DNA from: an uncultured Desulfovibrionaceae bacterium
Lineage (GTDB): Bacteria; Desulfobacterota; Desulfovibrionia; Desulfovibrionales; Desulfovibrionaceae
Reading direction: 5' to 3'
DNA: 46,804 nt
Assembly: GCA_964370095.1 (NCBI GenBank)
Contig: CAYJHJ010000007.1
Span: 1-46,804 of the forward strand
The notes beneath the pieces were generated by a model. It had not been told where the DNA came from. It searched no databases and was given only the letters and a program-made list of their open reading frames with translations. This document shows, piece after piece, positions 26,675 to 34,979 of the stretch (the first letter of the stretch is position 1; the number at the start of each line of letters is the position of its first letter). The position numbers and the translations under genes were made by a program.

Positions 26675-27997
26675 ATGATGAGTTTTAATAATTCAAATGC
26701 ACTTGTTTTTGATTTCAAGTTTTCTAAATGTTCTCAATCCTATGACCCAAAGCCCTATAAAAAACGTTTAAAAGATGAAGTTGAAAAAGGGCTTTTACCC
26801 TTTCTTACTCTTCCTTTTTGCGAAAATTTAATCAATGAGATTGAAGAATTACGGCCTTTTTTCTCAAAATATAAACATTTGCTTTTATTAGGAATTGGCG
26901 GCTCAGCCCTTGGGCCGCGTGCTTTGCAAAAAGCTTTTGCTCCATCACAAGATAGACCTCTTCATGAAGGAAAATCTTTGTGGATTATCGATAATGTTGA
27001 TGCAACAAGCTTTGAAGATATTTTGCAAAGATTACCCAAAGAAGAAACCTTTGTTGTAACGATTTCAAAATCAGGTGGCACAATAGAAACTTTGGCTCAA
27101 TACTTTATTGTGCGTGAGTTATATAAAAAGTTATTTCCTGAAAATTGGCAAGATCATTTCTTGCATATCACTGATAAAAACAAAGGCTTTTTGCGTGAAG
27201 AAGCAAACCTTTATTCCATCAAAACACTAGAAGTGCCCGATAATCTTGGTGGGCGTTACTCCGTTTTTTCTGCTGTGGGCATGTTGCCTGCTGCATTTTT
27301 AGATATTGATTATAAGTCCTTATTAAAAGGTGCCACTGATATTGGCAGAGCATTGGCAAGCAACTATGATTTATTGGATAACCATGATGCGTATAAACTT
27401 GCTTCATTTGCTTTTGAAGCAATAGAAAAAAATTATTCACAAGTTATTTTCTTTGTTTATCACCCTTTGTGGGCAACATATGGTGCATGGTTTATGCAGC
27501 TTTGGGCTGAAAGTTTAGGCAAAGACGGCAAAGGTTCAATGCCTATTGCAGCTGTAGGGGCAACCGATCAACATTCAGTTTTACAAATGTTTTTAGACGG
27601 CCCAAAAGATAAGATTTGCTTCTTTGTTTCAGGTGAAGTTGATAAAATATCTTCCCCTTTACCCAAAAAAATCGAAAGTAAAAATAATGAATGGTGTTTT
27701 TTAGAAAATAAAAGCATAGGCGATATATTAGAAGCTGAAACCCTTGCAACTAAAATGGCGCTTGTAGATAATGCTGTTCCTTTAGCGCATATTCATGCAA
27801 CTAAAACTGATTGCTATGCAACAGGCCAGCTTTTTTTAAATTTAGAACTGGCAACAATTTTAACCGGTTGGCTTCTTGAAATCAACCCTGTCAATCAACC
27901 TGCTGTTGAGCAGGGCAAGGTGCTTGCTTATGCTAAACTTGGTTCGAAAAACCATAGCCAATATTTACAAAAATTGAAGGAATTTGAAGAAAAATAA
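26675..27997 (+). CDS. pgi: Glucose-6-phosphate isomerase (short bacterial type)
   Basis: 440 aa with ..LLGIGGSALGPRA.., ..ISKSGGTIET.., ..GGRYSVFSAVG.. SIS-domain motifs. Confidence 0.9.
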   Translation: MMSFNNSNALVFDFKFSKCSQSYDPKPYKKRLKDEVEKGLLPFLTLPFCENLINEIEELRPFFSKYKHLLLLGIGGSALGPRALQKAFAPSQDRPLHEGKSLWIIDNVDATSFEDILQRLPKEETFVVTISKSGGTIETLAQYFIVRELYKKLFPENWQDHFLHITDKNKGFLREEANLYSIKTLEVPDNLGGRYSVFSAVGMLPAAFLDIDYKSLLKGATDIGRALASNYDLLDNHDAYKLASFAFEAIEKNYSQVIFFVYHPLWATYGAWFMQLWAESLGKDGKGSMPIAAVGATDQHSVLQMFLDGPKDKICFFVSGEVDKISSPLPKKIESKNNEWCFLENKSIGDILEAETLATKMALVDNAVPLAHIHATKTDCYATGQLFLNLELATILTGWLLEINPVNQPAVEQGKVLAYAKLGSKNHSQYLQKLKEFEEK

Positions 27998-28056
27998 TTA
28001 GAAATTTTAATTTGCAATTATTTGAAATTGTTTCTATGAAAAATTTTCTTTTGAGC

Positions 28057-28083
28057 TATACTTTTTAGAAGTAAAGACGATAA
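28057..28083 (+). promoter_or_regulatory. Candidate sigma-28 (FliA) promoter upstream of cheW
   Basis: TATACTTT-N11-GACGATAA against the consensus TAAAGTTT-N11-GCCGATAA (6/8 and 7/8 matches, exact spacing). The -10 ends 32 nt before the cheW ATG. Confidence 0.4.
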
Positions 28084-28115
28084 AGTAAATATGAAACAAA
28101 CTCAAGAGGATACCT

Positions 28116-28589
28116 ATGGATACTGAAAATAAAGAAAATGTTGTTTTACAGCTTATTACATTTAGCCTTGGTGCTGAGGAATTTGCAATAGATATATTAG
28201 AAGTAAAAGAAATTATCCGCACAATGGAAGCTTCTAAAATTCCTCGTTCTTTAGATTTTGTTGAAGGCGTTATCAACCTAAGAAATGTGGTTATTCCAAT
28301 TATTGATTTGCGTAAACGTTTTGAAATGCCGGAAAAAGAGCCTGACAGTAATACACGAATTATAGTTATTGAAATTTCTGAATTATTAGTTGGCTTTATT
28401 GTTGATTCAGTTTCTGAAGTGTTTAGCATTAATTCAAGCGAAGTTGAACCAACCCCTTCAGTTGTTTCAGGGCTTGAGTCTGAATATATCAATGGTGTTG
28501 CAAAATTAAACGAAAAATTGCTCATTCTTTTGAACATTGAAAAACTTCTTTCTATGGATGAACTTGAACAACTTGCAGGTATGGGCTAA
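28116..28589 (+). CDS. cheW: Chemotaxis coupling protein CheW (orphan, no cheA/cheY nearby)
   Basis: 157 aa with ..LITFSLGAEEFAIDILEVKEIIR..VINLRNVVIPIIDLRKRF..RIIVIE... SD is AAGAGGA. Confidence 0.9.
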   Translation: MDTENKENVVLQLITFSLGAEEFAIDILEVKEIIRTMEASKIPRSLDFVEGVINLRNVVIPIIDLRKRFEMPEKEPDSNTRIIVIEISELLVGFIVDSVSEVFSINSSEVEPTPSVVSGLESEYINGVAKLNEKLLILLNIEKLLSMDELEQLAGMG

Positions 28590-28608
28590 GGTATAGCTAG
28601 CTTTACTG

Positions 28609-29625
28609 CTAAATCAAAGAAAATACTTCTTTGGGGCTTATGGAATTTATGCAGGCATAATCCTTAGGGCAGTGCTCTTTTCTTCCGTGTAAAGAACAAG
28701 GCATGCAGCCGGTTTTGGCTTGCAACAACACATCATTTTCCCCTAATGGATAAAAACCCCATTCTTTGACAGTTGCCCCAAAAAGTGAAATAACCCTAGT
28801 ATTTACAGAAGTTGCAAGGTGTAAAGGTGCAGAATCTCCTGTGATAATACATTCAGCTTCACTGATAAGTGCTGCACTTTCACGCAAAGAATAGTGGTTT
28901 AATGCATTATGCTCTTCTTGTAACCAAGAATAAGCTTCGCCTTTTCCAATCACAAGCGGAAAGTAATCCATAAGCAATAGTTGATATAGCTTTTGCCAAT
29001 TTTCTTCTTTCCACATTTTACCTTCATGTGTTGCAAAAGGATGTAATATCACAATTTTTTTATTTTCTGTATTTCTTTGTGCATAAAAATCTTTAGCAAA
29101 ACTTCTTTCTTCTTCACTTAAGAAAACTTTTGGTTTGATTTCACACTTTTGAGGATGTGTGTTACTTTTTTCAAATAATTGAGCGTAACGTTCAACTACG
29201 TGTAAATCAAGCCTTTGTGATCGTATTTTACCTTTTGAAAATAAAAAAAGCCTTCGCGCAAAAGCATCTTTTTCATAAGTAAAACTCTTTTTACCTTCTA
29301 TTTTCCAAAACAATTTAAATATTTTTGATCTTAAAGTTTTATGTGCATCATATAAAGGTAGGTCAATTGTTTTTGCAAGCTTATGTGCTGTTGAAAAAAG
29401 CTTTTGCCCCCTCAATTCACTTTTTTCAAGCTCAATAACTTCATAAACAGCAGGATTATTGATAAAAAGTTCAGCCATATTTTTTTGGGTTAAAAGTGTG
29501 AAAGTATGACCGTATTTTTCATAATAATAATTAAAAACACCGCTTAGAAGAATTATATCGCCGATATGTGAAAAGCGAAGAGTAAGATAATGATTTGTTT
29601 TTTTTATTGACATGATAATCCTCAA
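28609..29625 (-). CDS. Glycosyltransferase family 9 (LPS heptosyltransferase-like)
   Basis: 338 aa. The C-terminal GT9 signature ..ITGDSAPLHLATSVNTRVISLFGAT.. is present. Confidence 0.8.
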   Translation of the reverse strand: MRIIMSIKKTNHYLTLRFSHIGDIILLSGVFNYYYEKYGHTFTLLTQKNMAELFINNPAVYEVIELEKSELRGQKLFSTAHKLAKTIDLPLYDAHKTLRSKIFKLFWKIEGKKSFTYEKDAFARRLFLFSKGKIRSQRLDLHVVERYAQLFEKSNTHPQKCEIKPKVFLSEEERSFAKDFYAQRNTENKKIVILHPFATHEGKMWKEENWQKLYQLLLMDYFPLVIGKGEAYSWLQEEHNALNHYSLRESAALISEAECIITGDSAPLHLATSVNTRVISLFGATVKEWGFYPLGENDVLLQAKTGCMPCSLHGRKEHCPKDYACINSISPKEVFSLI

Positions 29626-29829
29626 ATTCAGTGTATAAGAGGTGTATCTTTTTTTTGGTTAACTTTCAAGTTTTTATTTCCCTCCACGAAAATCATCTCA
29701 GTACATATATTTTATTTTTAAATTAATTTATTGACTTGCATTTTTTATAAAAATTATTTATTCTTTCTGAAAGTATATCTTATAGTCGTTTAACTAACGA
29801 TTATGTTGACTTTAAAATGGAGGAAAATT

Positions 29830-30231
29830 ATGAAAAAATTGCTTATGCTTTTAGCTTTGGTGGTTTTTGCAAATGTTTCTATGGCTTTTGCAAATCAACC
29901 GGCAGTGCCTGAAGCACCAATCACAATGAACAAAACAAAACAACCTGTTGTGTTCAATCACTCAACTCACACAAGTGTAGCGTGTGAAGATTGCCACCAC
30001 CCTGTTGAAGGTGTTGCAACTTACCAACCTTGTGCTACTGCCGGTTGTCATGATGCAATGGGCATGAAAGAAAAAGGCGTGAACAGCTATTATCAAGCAA
30101 TGCACAAAGCAAAAGGCACAAAATACGACACATGTATTTCTTGCCACAATGACTTTGTAAAAGCAAACGGTAATGACAAAGCGTTGAGAAAACAACTTAC
30201 AGCTTGCAAAGGCTCTGGTTGCCACTCATAG
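29830..30231 (+). CDS. cycA: Periplasmic tetraheme cytochrome c3 (type I)
   Basis: Start at ATG 29830 (GGAGGA SD), with signal peptide MKKLLMLLALVVFANVSMAFA. Four heme sites follow the classic c3 pattern: CEDCH, CATAGCH, CISCH, CKGSGCH. The gene is monocistronic with its own terminator. Confidence 0.92.
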   Translation: MKKLLMLLALVVFANVSMAFANQPAVPEAPITMNKTKQPVVFNHSTHTSVACEDCHHPVEGVATYQPCATAGCHDAMGMKEKGVNSYYQAMHKAKGTKYDTCISCHNDFVKANGNDKALRKQLTACKGSGCHS

Positions 30232-30240
30232 AATTTTTTG

Positions 30241-30267
30241 AAAACCCTCCATGTGAGGGTTTTTTTA
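30241..30267 (+). terminator. Rho-independent terminator after cytochrome c3
   Basis: AAAACCCTC (30241-30249) pairs with GAGGGTTTT (30255-30263), followed by a T-run. Confidence 0.85.
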
Positions 30268-30315
30268 TGTCTTTTTCACAGTTGCTTTTTTTACAAAAAT
30301 CTTTATACTTTTTTT

Positions 30316-32151
30316 ATGAAAAATATTTCCTTAGCAGCAAAATATAGGCCACAATCATTCAAAGAACTTGTTGGACAAGAAACCATACGTAAGGTTTTGT
30401 CAAAAGCAGTTATAGAAAATAAAGTTGCTCCTGCCTATCTTTTAAGCGGCACAAGAGGGGTGGGCAAAACCACAATAGCAAGAATTTTGGCTAAAGCATT
30501 AAATTGTGAAAATAAAGAAATAAATAATGATGGCGAACCTTGCAATACATGCCAAACCTGCCAAAGAATTACTGCAAATGCTTATGTTGATGTGATTGAA
30601 ATTGACGGTGCTTCAAACCGTGGAATTGACGATGCCAGAAGAATTCGTGAAATAGTTGAATATGCACCTATTGAAGGAAAATTTAGAATTATTATCATTG
30701 ATGAAGCACATATGCTCACCAAAGATGCTTTCAATGCTCTACTTAAAACCTTGGAAGAGCCGCCACAACACACAAGATTTGTTCTTGCCACAACTGAAGC
30801 TCAAAAATTTCCAATCACAATTTTAAGCCGTTGCCAGCATTTTGTTTTTATGCAGGTTTCAGAAAATGATTTAGCTAATAATATAAGACGTATACTTCAA
30901 AACGAAAATTGGCAATACGAAGAAGAAGCTGTTTTGCTTTTAGCTAAACGAGGTGCAGGCTCAGTTCGTGATTCACTCTCTTTGCTTGACCAAAGCTTAA
31001 CTTCTTTAGTTTCAGGGCAAAGCCCTCTTACTGCTAAGCTTGTTCGATCAGTTTTAGGCTTGGCAGGCAAAGAAATTTTAGAAGACATTTTGAAAGCCAT
31101 CAATACAAATGACAGCTTGGCAATAGTGAAAGCTATGCATAGCATGATGCTTCAAGGTGTTGATATAACACATTTCATCAAAGAATTTGCCCAAATTTGG
31201 CGTTCCTTATTCTTGATAAATCAACATAATGAAAAAGCTTTTGAGATTCTTCAACTTTCTGAAGATGAAAGAATTTTTTATGCTGAATATGCCAAGAAAT
31301 TTTCATCTTCTTTTATCCACAGTGCTTGGCAGCTCACACTAGAATCACAAAGGCGTATCACAAAAAGTTTAGAGCCTTCTGTGGCTTTGGAACTTTTTCT
31401 TATAAACCTTTCTATCTTGCCGAAATTATTGCCAATACGAGAGCTTTCGACTGAACAATTCAATAATTCTTTTGAAAATGAAAACAATAAAGAACTTGAT
31501 AAAAGTTTCATAAGCGAAAGCACAGAGGCTCAAAAAAAAACTCAAATAATTGAGCAAAGAACTGAAAGTGAAAATTTTCAAGAAGAAGTTTCTCATAATA
31601 TAACTGAACAAAGCCCTGCAAAAGAAAATATTGCACAAAAGTTTGAAGAAAATGCTTTTGAAGAAAATCTTCCTGAGGATAATCAAATTATAGTTGAACA
31701 AAAGAAGGCTTTTGAAAAAGAGATTGAAGAAAAAAAATTTAATCCTTTAGATGTGGAAGCTTTTCTTGACTTTTTATTGACAAACAAGCATACTTCACTG
31801 GCTCAAGCAATTAAACAATGCGAAAAGCTTTTGTGGCTGGACCCGGAAAGCATGAGAATAAGCGAAGAAAACAAAGCCTTAAACAAAGAAAAGGCTTTGC
31901 TTACACTTACACTTAATGCTCCTGCAAATTATGTAGCAAAGCAACTTAATGAAGCAGCTTTTCATAAGTCTTTGCAAGATGAACTTGGAAAATGGTCAGG
32001 TTTACCTACTCGCATAGAAGTGCATAAAGCTAAAGCCCCCAAAGCAAAAATTGAATTGCAAGAAGAGCTTATGCAAAAAGATATTATTAAAGAAATGAAT
32101 AGGCTTTTAGATGCACAAATTATCCTTTGTGAAAACAAAAAAGCTGAATAA
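30316..32151 (+). CDS. dnaX: DNA polymerase III subunit tau (gamma/tau)
   Basis: Start at ATG 30316 (..MKNISLAAKYRPQSFKELVGQ..). The ORF-track start at 30238 runs through the upstream terminator. The product has Walker A GTRGVGKTT, the zinc module CNTCQTCQ, IIIIDEAHML and SRC (ILSRCQ). The C-terminal half is acidic and low complexity. Confidence 0.92.
   Translation: MKNISLAAKYRPQSFKELVGQETIRKVLSKAVIENKVAPAYLLSGTRGVGKTTIARILAKALNCENKEINNDGEPCNTCQTCQRITANAYVDVIEIDGASNRGIDDARRIREIVEYAPIEGKFRIIIIDEAHMLTKDAFNALLKTLEEPPQHTRFVLATTEAQKFPITILSRCQHFVFMQVSENDLANNIRRILQNENWQYEEEAVLLLAKRGAGSVRDSLSLLDQSLTSLVSGQSPLTAKLVRSVLGLAGKEILEDILKAINTNDSLAIVKAMHSMMLQGVDITHFIKEFAQIWRSLFLINQHNEKAFEILQLSEDERIFYAEYAKKFSSSFIHSAWQLTLESQRRITKSLEPSVALELFLINLSILPKLLPIRELSTEQFNNSFENENNKELDKSFISESTEAQKKTQIIEQRTESENFQEEVSHNITEQSPAKENIAQKFEENAFEENLPEDNQIIVEQKKAFEKEIEEKKFNPLDVEAFLDFLLTNKHTSLAQAIKQCEKLLWLDPESMRISEENKALNKEKALLTLTLNAPANYVAKQLNEAAFHKSLQDELGKWSGLPTRIEVHKAKAPKAKIELQEELMQKDIIKEMNRLLDAQIILCENKKAE
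31532..31540 (+). other. A9 homopolymer inside dnaX: candidate ribosomal/transcriptional slippage site
   Basis: CAA AAA AAA ACT at codons 406-409 of 611. The -1 frame hits TGA at 31551-31553 and the +1 frame hits TAA at 31547-31549. Confidence 0.4.
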
Positions 32152-32166
32152 ATAAGGAGTATTATA

Positions 32167-32478
32167 ATGAAAAATATGAATGACGTTCTTCGTCAAGCAC
32201 AGGTTATGCAAAATAAAATGACAAAAGTTCAAAAAGAACTTGCCGAAAAAGAAGTGGAAGCTTCTGCAGGTGGTGGTTCTGTTAAAGTTGTTATGACTTG
32301 CAAGCATGATTTGAAAAAAATCACTATCGATCCACAAGTTATGGAAAACCCTGATGTTGAAATGCTTGAAGATTTAATCCTTACAGCTGTGAATGAAGCC
32401 ATACGCATAGGTAAAGAAATCACTGAAAGAGAAATGAATGCAATTTCAGGCGGTATTCATCTTCCCGGAATGTTCTAA
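32167..32478 (+). CDS. ybaB: YbaB/EbfC-family nucleoid-associated protein
   Basis: 103 aa with ..NMNDVLRQAQVMQNKMTKVQKELAEKEVEASAGGGSVKVVMT... It sits in the classic position immediately downstream of dnaX. No recR follows. Confidence 0.9.
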   Translation: MKNMNDVLRQAQVMQNKMTKVQKELAEKEVEASAGGGSVKVVMTCKHDLKKITIDPQVMENPDVEMLEDLILTAVNEAIRIGKEITEREMNAISGGIHLPGMF

Positions 32479-32502
32479 GCTATTTATTTTATAATATAAT
32501 AT

Positions 32503-32537
32503 AAAGCTCTTTCCTGTAATCAAGAAAGAGCTTTATT
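32503..32537 (+). terminator. Rho-independent terminator after ybaB
   Basis: AAAGCTCTTTC (32503-32513) pairs with GAAAGAGCTTT (32524-32534), followed by ATTATT. Confidence 0.75.
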
Positions 32538-32582
32538 ATTAGTTCAGGCACAATTAGATATAAGTAAAAAGAGTTAATATTT

Positions 32583-33257
32583 ATGTTTTTTGAATATTCA
32601 GATAAAGAGCTCACTTACCTAAGCAAGAAAGATAAAAAACTAGCCCAAGCTATTGAAAGTATAGGCATTGTTCAAAGGCCTATTGATAATGACATTTTCA
32701 CAGCAATTATACGTGCTATTATAGGGCAACAGGTTTCACGAAAATCAAGAGAAACTGTTTTCAAACGTATGCAAGAAGGGCTTATACTTATTGATGTTAA
32801 ATCACTTTACAATGCAAAGACTGAAGAAATTCAAGCATTTGGCACAACTTTCAAAAAAGCTGAATATATAAAAAATTTCGCGCAAAAAGTGCATGAAAAA
32901 GAGCTTGATCTTGATTCTTTATATCAGCTATCAGATGCAGAAGTGGTTGCCAAGCTTTCAGAGCTTAAGGGTATAGGAATTTGGACTGCAGAAATGTTAT
33001 TATCAAGCGCTTTAAAACGTATGGATATATTTAGCTTTGGTGATATTGCAATCCATAGAGGATTAAGAATGCTTTATCGCCATAAAGATATTTCTAAAGA
33101 GCTTTTTGAAAAATACCGCAAACGCTATTCCCCTTACGGCACGGTTGCAAGCATTTATCTTTGGGCTATTGCAGCAGGTGCAATCCCGGGACTTACTGAC
33201 CCAAAGGACATTAAAAAAGTGTTTAAACAAGTTGAAAATTCAGTTGATTATTTCTAA
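32583..33257 (+). CDS. HhH-GPD superfamily DNA glycosylase (AlkA / 3-methyladenine glycosylase II-like)
   Basis: 224 aa with the HhH motif ..LSELKGIGIWTAEMLL.. followed by the catalytic Asp region ..FSFGDIAIHRGL... Confidence 0.8.
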   Translation: MFFEYSDKELTYLSKKDKKLAQAIESIGIVQRPIDNDIFTAIIRAIIGQQVSRKSRETVFKRMQEGLILIDVKSLYNAKTEEIQAFGTTFKKAEYIKNFAQKVHEKELDLDSLYQLSDAEVVAKLSELKGIGIWTAEMLLSSALKRMDIFSFGDIAIHRGLRMLYRHKDISKELFEKYRKRYSPYGTVASIYLWAIAAGAIPGLTDPKDIKKVFKQVENSVDYF

Positions 33258-33271
33258 GCCAAAATAAAAAA

Positions 33272-34747
33272 CTATTCAGTATGCCCTGTTTCTTTGTATT
33301 CACTCAATTTATTTCTAAGAGTACGAACAGAAATTCCAAGAAGTTCCGCAGCTTGCGTTCTGTTTCCTTGTGTTTGCTCTAAACCCTTCATAATCATAAT
33401 TCTTTCCATTTCATGAAGAGGAATAACGGCTTGTGAAAGATCAAGCTCTTGAGTTTTTTGCGGCACGCTCTCTTCACTTTCAAGCAAAGAACCTTGAAGC
33501 ATATTTTTTGCTATATCAGATGTTTTTGAAGCTTCTTCTTTTTCAACTGAGGCTTCTTGCTCTTCCATAAAAATTGGCCATTCATTGCCTTCTAAAAGAA
33601 AGAAAGTTGGAGTGATGGCTTGACCGTTTGCCAATAAAACCGCACGCTCCATCAAGTTTTGCAGTTCACGCACATTGCCGGGAAAAGAGTAAGCCATAAG
33701 CCAATCAATGGCTTCTTGTGCAAATTTTGCAGGCGCTAAATTATATTCTTTTGTATATTTTTGAGCAAAGAATTGAGCAAGCTCTAAAATGTCAGAGCCA
33801 CGCTCTGAAAGTGAAGGCAAACGAAGAGGAATAACATTTAAACGAAAATATAAATCTTGCCTAAATTTTCCTTCTTCAATCCAAGCTTCCATATTTCTGT
33901 TGGTAGTGGCAAGCACACGCACATCAACTTTTATGGTTTCCGTGCCACCCACTCTGTCCACTTCACCTTCTTGCAAAACTCGCAATAATTTTGCTTGTAG
34001 TGCTGGATCCATTTCTGAAATTTCGTCTAAAAGAAGAGTTCCGCCATGTGCCAATTCAAATTTGCCGGGCTTTTTTGCAATTGCTCCGGTGAAAGCACCT
34101 TTTTCATGACCAAAAAGTTCTGATTCCAAAAGATGTTCCGGCAAGGCTGCGCAGTTCACGGCAATAAAAGGAGCATCAGCCCTATCACTCCATAAGTGCA
34201 GAGTTTTTGCAAACATTTCTTTACCTGTGCCCGAATCGCCTGAAATCAATACTGAAGCTTTTGATTTTGCAACTTGTTTTGCAAGCTTTAAAACCTTCTG
34301 AATAGCCGGGTTTGAACCTACAATAATGGCCGAACTTTCTTCTTTTGCCTTTGCTTCAGCTCTTTCTTTTTCTGCTCTTACTTGGGCTTGGTTTTGCCTA
34401 TATTTTAAAACAGTAAAAATTTTATCTAAGTCAAGCGGATCTGTCCAATAATCTTTTGCCCCAAGGCTTAAAAGATGCTCTGCCTCAAAGGCATCTGCTT
34501 TTTCTGCAATTATATAGATAGGCGGAAAATGCGGATCATCCCTCCCTACTTCCAATAAATCCATGGCACTATAGCCAGTTAGATAAGGGCGAGTGAAAAT
34601 AGCACTTACTTCTTTTCTTAAAAAAGTGCTTACAGCTTTTATATTGTCAGCCAAGCCAACTTCAATTCCCGCTTCTTTAAGCTTAGGATAATAAGGTGTT
34701 ATAAGAGCCGGCTGTGCAATAAATACTATGCGTTTTTCTTGACTCAT
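33272..34747 (-). CDS. Sigma-54-dependent transcriptional activator (Fis-type HTH) with a degenerate receiver-like N-domain
   Basis: AAA+ core ([23 protein letters not shown], ..LLLDEI.., RVLATTN), a C-terminal HTH ..[20 protein letters not shown].., and an N-terminal REC-like fold lacking acceptor residues. Confidence 0.9.
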   Translation of the reverse strand: MSQEKRIVFIAQPALITPYYPKLKEAGIEVGLADNIKAVSTFLRKEVSAIFTRPYLTGYSAMDLLEVGRDDPHFPPIYIIAEKADAFEAEHLLSLGAKDYWTDPLDLDKIFTVLKYRQNQAQVRAEKERAEAKAKEESSAIIVGSNPAIQKVLKLAKQVAKSKASVLISGDSGTGKEMFAKTLHLWSDRADAPFIAVNCAALPEHLLESELFGHEKGAFTGAIAKKPGKFELAHGGTLLLDEISEMDPALQAKLLRVLQEGEVDRVGGTETIKVDVRVLATTNRNMEAWIEEGKFRQDLYFRLNVIPLRLPSLSERGSDILELAQFFAQKYTKEYNLAPAKFAQEAIDWLMAYSFPGNVRELQNLMERAVLLANGQAITPTFFLLEGNEWPIFMEEQEASVEKEEASKTSDIAKNMLQGSLLESEESVPQKTQELDLSQAVIPLHEMERIMIMKGLEQTQGNRTQAAELLGISVRTLRNKLSEYKETGHTE

Positions 34748-34916
34748 ACATTTTAGCTATCATATTTTTGAGAATTTATCAAGTTTTAATTTAGAAATGA
34801 AAGTTTTTGTAAAGCCTTTTAGGAAGTTAGGAAAAAACAATTTTAATAAATCAATAAATACAAAGTGTTGAACATTATTTTTTAAGTGTAAAATTGCACT
34901 AAGATTTGCTTTTTCT

Positions 34917-34944
34917 CTTGACAGAAGAAAGTTCTGCTTTATTT
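34917..34944 (+). promoter_or_regulatory. Candidate heat-shock (sigma-32-like) promoter for htpG
   Basis: CTTGACA-N13-CTTTATTT against the consensus CTTGAAA-N13/14-CCCCATNT. The -10 is AT-shifted. A perfect TATAAT at 34952-34957 has no matching -35. Confidence 0.25.
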
Positions 34945-34979
34945 ATGTTTGTATAATTAATTTTTTTTGGAGAATTTTT

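Noticed and set aside
28034-28537. A 167-aa ORF antisense to cheW. Similar long antisense ORFs occur at 2984-3349, 21982-22329, 33789-34109, 36311-36664 and 45810-46100.
   Set aside because: Each lies opposite a gene with strong family motifs. Each has Ser/Ile/Phe/Lys-rich low-complexity composition typical of antisense frames in AT-rich DNA, and none has an SD.
30238-30315. The ORF track places the dnaX start at 30238.
   Set aside because: These 26 extra codons run through the cytochrome c3 terminator hairpin (30241-30267). The conserved DnaX N-terminus (MKNISLAAKYRPQSF) begins at ATG 30316.
30232-30315. I looked for an SRP (4.5S) RNA gene, which often sits upstream of dnaX.
   Set aside because: Only 85 bp are available and they are occupied by the cytochrome c3 terminator. 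The conserved domain IV motif is not present.
34894-34910. TTGCAC-TAAGA-TTTGCT upstream of htpG looked like a sigma-54 -24/-12 element.
   Set aside because: The essential GG is TG, and the GC element is displaced by one nucleotide relative to the consensus spacing.
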